The translations under genes were made by a program, and so were the position numbers. From assembly GCA_045541235.1 (NCBI GenBank), contig JAZQIS010000022.1, forward strand, positions 8,762 through 72,761: a DNA stretch of 64,000 nt, read 5' to 3'. The first letter of the stretch is position 1, and every line of letters starts with the position of its first letter. Under the pieces are notes generated by a model. It saw nothing but the letters and a program-made list of their open reading frames with translations. It was not told the origin of the DNA and ran no database searches. Shown here one piece after another: positions 58,892-64,000 of this stretch. This DNA is from Alistipes sp. GTDB lineage: Bacteria; Bacteroidota; Bacteroidia; Bacteroidales; Rikenellaceae.

Positions 58892-60232
58892 ATGAATAGA
58901 GAGATTTTTCGGATAGCGATACCGAATATTATTTCCAACATTACAGTGCCTCTAATGGGCTTGGTATCTGCTGCTATTGTTGGCAGAGACAGTGGCACTG
59001 CTGCGGCCATAGGTGCGCTCAATCTGGGGGTATATATCTTCAACTTCATCTATTGGAACTGCTCCTTTATCCGTATGGGAACAAGTGGGCTGACAGCCCA
59101 GGCCTACGGGGCAGGAGACTTCCACGAGACTACAGCAATGTTGGTTCGCGCAGTGGTTATATCATTGGCATTGAGTGCGATTGTTCTCCTCTTCCAACGC
59201 CCATTAGGAGAGTTCTCGCTTTGGCTGATGGGTGGAGACAAGGTCGTTGCAGACTACTTTTATGCACGAATTTGGGCTGTACCGGCAGGCATCCTGCTAT
59301 TCGGATTATACGGATGGTTCGTAGGTATGCAGAATGGCGTAATTCCAATGGCAATATCGATACTCGTAAACACGCTCCACGTTATATTTGGTTGGTGGTT
59401 CGTATTCTCTTTCGACATGGGCATAGTCGGCATTGCATACGCCTCAGTGGTGTCACAATGGATAGGATTGCTATTGGCCATTGTCTTGGTTATAACCTGT
59501 TTCCGTAGGACTATGAGAAAAGTTGTCTTCCGCGAGGTATTGAATTTTGCTTCGATGAAGAGATTCTTCAAGGTCAATGGAGATATTATCGTTAGAACAT
59601 TCTGCAATGTGGGAGTCTATACATTCTTTGCCGCAGCATCAGCAAAAATGGGAGAGGGAGGTTCATGCGACGATGCCGTCTTGGCCGTAAACTCTACTCT
59701 GATGCAGCTGCTAATGCTATTCTCATACATGAACGACGGATTTGCATACGCCGCAGAGGCAATGACAGGAAGATTTATAGGAGCAAAGGACCTCTTCTCG
59801 CTTAAGAGGTGTTTGAAGTACTGCGTGGTATGGACATTTGCAACAGCAATAATAGCCATTACCCTCTACCTTGCAGGCTGGGAGTGGCTCTTCACCTTCT
59901 TCCTTGGCAATGGCACAGAGCAGGAGCTGGCTACTGTATTGGCTGTAGCCAAACGCTACATTGGATGGATAGTAGTAATACCTCTCTTTGCAGCACTACC
60001 ATTTATGCTCGATGGCGTTTACGCAGGAGCCACACTGACACGAGCTATGCGAAACTCGATGCTCGGTGCAACAATCGTATTCTTCATCGTATATTACGCG
60101 CTGCAACCTGTAATAGGCAACGACGCATTGTGGTTAGCTTTCCTAACCTATATCATTCTGCGATTGGTTCTGCAATACTTCATGGCAGATAGGCTGAAGG
60201 ATATTTACCGACAAGTTGAAAAAATAGCTTGA
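58892..60232 (+). CDS. MATE family efflux transporter (DinF-like)
   Basis: IAIPNIISNITVPL, RMGTSGLTAQAYGA and DGFAYAAEA motifs. Confidence 0.9.
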   Translation: MNREIFRIAIPNIISNITVPLMGLVSAAIVGRDSGTAAAIGALNLGVYIFNFIYWNCSFIRMGTSGLTAQAYGAGDFHETTAMLVRAVVISLALSAIVLLFQRPLGEFSLWLMGGDKVVADYFYARIWAVPAGILLFGLYGWFVGMQNGVIPMAISILVNTLHVIFGWWFVFSFDMGIVGIAYASVVSQWIGLLLAIVLVITCFRRTMRKVVFREVLNFASMKRFFKVNGDIIVRTFCNVGVYTFFAAASAKMGEGGSCDDAVLAVNSTLMQLLMLFSYMNDGFAYAAEAMTGRFIGAKDLFSLKRCLKYCVVWTFATAIIAITLYLAGWEWLFTFFLGNGTEQELATVLAVAKRYIGWIVVIPLFAALPFMLDGVYAGATLTRAMRNSMLGATIVFFIVYYALQPVIGNDALWLAFLTYIILRLVLQYFMADRLKDIYRQVEKIA

Positions 60233-60293
60233 TAAGATACCTATAATTAGAATAGATTCGTTATCTTTGCAAAAATAAACAACTCGAAACCTA

Positions 60294-60842
60294 ATGAAAC
60301 AGAGAGTTACCCTTTACGACAAGACCTTCGAGGTTATGATTCCGGCTGAGGATATCGACAAAGCAGTGGCAAAAGTTGCCGAACGCCTAAATAGTGACTA
60401 TGCTTCAGCGAAGAAACCGCCAATTTTCGTTGGTGTTCTCAACGGAGCCTATATGTTTTTGGCTGACCTTGTGCGCAAAACAGACTTCGACAGCGAGGTT
60501 ACATTTGTTCAGATATCGTCATACGCAGGAACGCAGAGCACCGGGACAATCACGCAAAAACTCGGCATCGATTTCGACATTGAGGGCCGAGATATTATCC
60601 TTGTTGAGGATATTGTCGAAACAGGTCATAGTATCAACCATATGTTGGACTACATACGCTCTTTTAATCCGAACTCAGTAGAGGTGTGCACACTCTTCTT
60701 CAAACCGGAAAAGTATCTCTATGATATGCCTATCAAGTATTGTGCTATGGAGATTGGAAATGAGTTTATCGTAGGATACGGCCTCGACTACGACCAGATT
60801 GGCCGCAATCTCAAAGATATATACGTATTGGCAAATGACTAA
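60294..60842 (+). CDS. hpt: Hypoxanthine phosphoribosyltransferase
   Basis: VLNGAYMF, ILVEDIVETG and FIVGYGLDY motifs. Confidence 0.95.
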   Translation: MKQRVTLYDKTFEVMIPAEDIDKAVAKVAERLNSDYASAKKPPIFVGVLNGAYMFLADLVRKTDFDSEVTFVQISSYAGTQSTGTITQKLGIDFDIEGRDIILVEDIVETGHSINHMLDYIRSFNPNSVEVCTLFFKPEKYLYDMPIKYCAMEIGNEFIVGYGLDYDQIGRNLKDIYVLAND

Positions 60843-61461
60843 CGAGGCAGTACTGGAGGGCGGTCGTAAATTACCGCTTGTAGAGGACTTCTACACAATT
60901 CAGGGCGAGGGCTTCCACGCAGGAAAGCCTGCTTACTTCATTCGTCTTGGAGGTTGTGATGTAGGTTGTGCTTGGTGCGATGCCAAATACACTTGGAACC
61001 CTAAGATGTACCCTCCAACAGCCATTGAGGAGATTGTAGAGCGTGCCGTTGCCTGTGCAGCACAATCCATAGTCATCACCGGTGGAGAGCCTCTACTCTA
61101 CCCACTCGACAACCTAACTCAATCTCTCAAAGAGCGAGGATTGGCTATATTCCTCGAGACCTCGGGCTCGCACCCATTCTCCGGAACATTCGACTGGGTA
61201 TGCCTCTCTCCGAAACAAAAATCTGCCCCTCTGGAGGAGGCGTACAATCGCGCAAATGAGCTGAAGGTAATCATCCAAAATGAAGATGATTTGAATTGGG
61301 CCGAGGAGTGCGCAGCAAAGGTAGGCGAGGAGTGCCTTTTATTCCTCCAGCCGGAATGGAGTGTTGCCGAGAAGATTATGCCGACACTCGTAGAGTATGC
61401 CAAGCGCAATCCAAAATGGAGCATATCCATTCAGTGCCACAAATACATGAGGATTCCATAG
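60835..61461 (+). CDS. queE: 7-carboxy-7-deazaguanine synthase (radical SAM)
   Basis: FYTIQGEG, CDVGCAWCD, ITGGEP, LQPEW and QCHKY motifs. Confidence 0.9.
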   Translation: MTNEAVLEGGRKLPLVEDFYTIQGEGFHAGKPAYFIRLGGCDVGCAWCDAKYTWNPKMYPPTAIEEIVERAVACAAQSIVITGGEPLLYPLDNLTQSLKERGLAIFLETSGSHPFSGTFDWVCLSPKQKSAPLEEAYNRANELKVIIQNEDDLNWAEECAAKVGEECLLFLQPEWSVAEKIMPTLVEYAKRNPKWSISIQCHKYMRIP

Positions 61462-61467
61462 AAAATT

Positions 61468-61779
61468 ATGAGCTCAATCGAAGATTCTTTGTTGAAGGGT
61501 GCTATTACCGTAAAAAAATACATCTGGCGTGCAACAGTCATATGTATTTTGATACTTGCTGCCATTCTGATTGGTCGCCCACTAATTTCGCTTATACGTA
61601 CTTATGCCGAAATTAGAGAGCTAAACAAGGAGAAGGCCATATACGAGGAGAGCATCCGTAGGGATAGTCTGCTGATAGAGAGTCTGAAATACAACGAATT
61701 TCTGGAAAAATATGCCCGCGAGAGATACCATATGCAGGGCAAAGAGGAGCAGGTGTATATCCTCAATAATAAGCCTTAG
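61468..61779 (+). CDS. Septum formation initiator (FtsB/DivIC-like)
   Basis: One TM segment, coiled coil, LEKYARERYHM...EQVYI. Confidence 0.8.
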   Translation: MSSIEDSLLKGAITVKKYIWRATVICILILAAILIGRPLISLIRTYAEIRELNKEKAIYEESIRRDSLLIESLKYNEFLEKYARERYHMQGKEEQVYILNNKP

Positions 61780-62729
61780 AAGTGGGTAAAACCACCAAGA
61801 AGAGCCAAATCACAAACACTACCATCCACTCTCTCGAACAGAACCTCCGAGGAATCGACAATTCTTCCTATCTTATATATAGGTACACCGAATTTCTCCT
61901 CATAGTTCCTCATTAGATTTGGCGTGTAATTACGATCGGCCGTAAAGAGCAACTTATAATCCTCTCCCCCACCCATGGCATCGGCCAAAGTGGCATTCTC
62001 CGAAATAGGAATATCTTTTTCATAGAGAACAGCCCCCTTTACAGACTCCTCTGTGATATGGCGCAAATCTGCAGCTATGCCATCCGAGACATCCATCATA
62101 GCATGAACACCCGATTGAGAGCCGAGCCACTCCCCCTCACAAACTTGAGCCTCGGGCTGAAGATGAAATATCGCATTGGGGGTATCAACAATTCCGTTTA
62201 AGACATCGCGCAGACCGGCAGCAGATGCTCCGAGTGTTCCGGTAACAAGGATGTCATCTCCGACACGCGCAGCCGAACGTCGTTTCAAGTTCGAGTTAGA
62301 GGCTCGTCCTATAGCCGTTACAGATATTGAGATGCCGGAGGAGGATTTTGTAGTATCGCCACCGACAAGTGCCACATTAAACTTTGCGGAAGCATCACGA
62401 TAGCCCTTCATAAATTCCGTCGCCCAATCACCGAAACGTGAGGCAGGAAGAGCTAAAGACAAAAGAGTAGCCACGGGCTTTGCACCCATTGCAGCAACAT
62501 CGCTAATATTAACCATCAACGATTTGTACCCAACCTGATACGGAGTACTCCTGTCCGCCAAAAAATGCACCCCCTCATTGAGCATATCGGAGGTAAAGAG
62601 CAATGACTCACCACCACCAATAGGCAGCACAGCACAATCGTCGCCTATACCCTCAAAACCATTATCGGGCATCGCACCAAACATCTTGCATATTGAGTTT
62701 ATAAAATCGAACTCGCCGATGTTTTTCAT
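61776..62729 (-). CDS. thiL: Thiamine-monophosphate kinase
   Basis: GIGDDCA, NISDVAAMG, GGDT, DVSDG and GGEDY motifs. Confidence 0.95.
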   Translation of the reverse strand: MKNIGEFDFINSICKMFGAMPDNGFEGIGDDCAVLPIGGGESLLFTSDMLNEGVHFLADRSTPYQVGYKSLMVNISDVAAMGAKPVATLLSLALPASRFGDWATEFMKGYRDASAKFNVALVGGDTTKSSSGISISVTAIGRASNSNLKRRSAARVGDDILVTGTLGASAAGLRDVLNGIVDTPNAIFHLQPEAQVCEGEWLGSQSGVHAMMDVSDGIAADLRHITEESVKGAVLYEKDIPISENATLADAMGGGEDYKLLFTADRNYTPNLMRNYEEKFGVPIYKIGRIVDSSEVLFERVDGSVCDLALLGGFTHF

Positions 62730-64000
62730 CGCTTGATAACTCCTTTTAGTGTTGTAACAAATTCGTTCAAGGCCTCCAATCTAAAAACCCACGCGCCTCC
62801 GAGATAGACGATAACACCTACCGCTATTTGTATCAGCAGCTGCCATATAGGGAGTAATTGCAACAGATAAGAACCGACTATCTTAACCGCAAAATACATA
62901 ATCGCCGACAGTATTAGCGACGGAAGGAGACTCTTTGTCATAGCCCACCATGATAACTCCGCATACCGGCGTGTCGCAGCAAAATTAACAACGAACTCGA
63001 TAAAGGTCATCGCTACCAAACCTACGGCAACAGCCAATGGGGAGTGGAGAATTGCAACAGCCAAAACAACTGTCATAATCGATTTTTTCAGCAACTCCAG
63101 ACGGAATATAATCGCGCCATTACTATAGACTTTCAAAACATTGTATGCAACCATTGCAAGCGGATAGAAGATTCCCGACAAGGCCAAAATCTCAAAGTAC
63201 GGCACTGTTGGCAACCATTTATCGCCCAGCAACACCTCAAACAGAGGATTCGCAACCGCCGACATTCCAACCACCAATGGGGGCATCACAAAAACATTGA
63301 TTAACAGAACCTTGCGATAGCTTTCCGCAAACTTGGCCGCATTCTCCTTGATTTTCACCAATGCAGGGTATGTTACACTCTGCACCGAGAGAACTGCCGA
63401 TTGCACAGGCAAATCCTTGATTTTTTGTGCTTGATTAAAATATCCGAGTGTATCGGTCGTATAGATTTTGCCAATAAAAAGTTGCGCAATATTGTTGTAA
63501 GTAGCTGCCACAATATCGGTGGACATCAATCGAAAGGAGAATGGTGCCATCTCTTGCCAAGCCGAACGACTAAACGAACCTTCGCCACGCCAATCACCAC
63601 GCCACCACAACAGAAGAGATTTTAGACCCATCATCGAAACTCGTTGCGCAACTAAAGCCCATACTCCTCCACCGCATATCGCCACCGTGATAGCAATACC
63701 ACCTGCAACGAGCGAAGATACAAAATTTATTCGAGATATAACACCAAAACGTAGTTCGCGCGATAGTTTGGTGTTTTGGATTATACCAAGCGCATTGAGG
63801 GGCAATAACAAGAAGAGCACAGGTGCTATTTGGGATATCACATCCAACTCATAGTACCTCGACAACAACGGAGAAATTGCCACAAAGAGGAGATAGAGCA
63901 GTAATGAGACTATGAGATTAAAGATAAAGACCGACTTATAGTCGTCATTAGTCGGAGTGGTCTTACGTAAGAGTGTTTGCGAAAAACCACTATCAACCAC
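62726..64000 (-). CDS. Polysaccharide flippase (Wzx/WzxC-like), 5' end outside the window
   Basis: DSGFSQTL, LGYFNQA, VTYPAL and LLGDKWLP motifs; multiple TM segments. Confidence 0.85.
   Translation of the reverse strand: MVDSGFSQTLLRKTTPTNDDYKSVFIFNLIVSLLLYLLFVAISPLLSRYYELDVISQIAPVLFLLLPLNALGIIQNTKLSRELRFGVISRINFVSSLVAGGIAITVAICGGGVWALVAQRVSMMGLKSLLLWWRGDWRGEGSFSRSAWQEMAPFSFRLMSTDIVAATYNNIAQLFIGKIYTTDTLGYFNQAQKIKDLPVQSAVLSVQSVTYPALVKIKENAAKFAESYRKVLLINVFVMPPLVVGMSAVANPLFEVLLGDKWLPTVPYFEILALSGIFYPLAMVAYNVLKVYSNGAIIFRLELLKKSIMTVVLAVAILHSPLAVAVGLVAMTFIEFVVNFAATRRYAELSWWAMTKSLLPSLILSAIMYFAVKIVGSYLLQLLPIWQLLIQIAVGVIVYLGGAWVFRLEALNEFVTTLKGVIKR

Noticed and set aside
60835-61461. queE as part of a 7-deazaguanine DNA-modification (dpd) defence island
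   Set aside because: Housekeeping context (hpt, ftsB-like) and no dpdA/tgt-like or other dpd genes nearby.
1-64000. Complete DGR (RT, Avd, template repeat) or prophage
   Set aside because: No RT motifs, no AAC-rich template copy of the VR, and no phage structural or integrase genes recognised in the window.

Overview
Bacteroidota chromosomal window, probably Rikenellaceae/Alistipes-like (inferred from gene content and many TAnnTTTG -7 promoter boxes). The backbone is housekeeping: purT (partial), purA, tRNA-Gln, ffh, era, dnaA, pgm, argS, obgE, yidC, hpt, queE, thiL and a Wzx flippase (partial). It also carries a five-gene, SusD-less TonB/nuclease locus (22.9-31.9 kb) that looks like an extracellular nucleic-acid utilisation system. 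The most striking signal is non-coding. Two accessory insertions with unrelated cargo (14.6-17.6 kb on +, 39.1-42.55 kb on -) share one frame: 7-bp repeats, a REP-like palindrome pair, a -33/-7 promoter with a 20-bp spacer, a ~210-nt rod-shaped hairpin with compensatory base changes between copies, the cargo, a near-identical CCCTCCGCA..TGCGGAGGG terminator, and a shared 20-bp tail motif. The first insertion is bracketed by a 20-bp direct repeat formed from the REP arm. The second carries a modular surface lipoprotein whose 3' end has the codon signature of a diversity-generating retroelement (DGR) variable region, with no RT or template repeat in the window. All calls were made by eye; no searches or folding programs were run.
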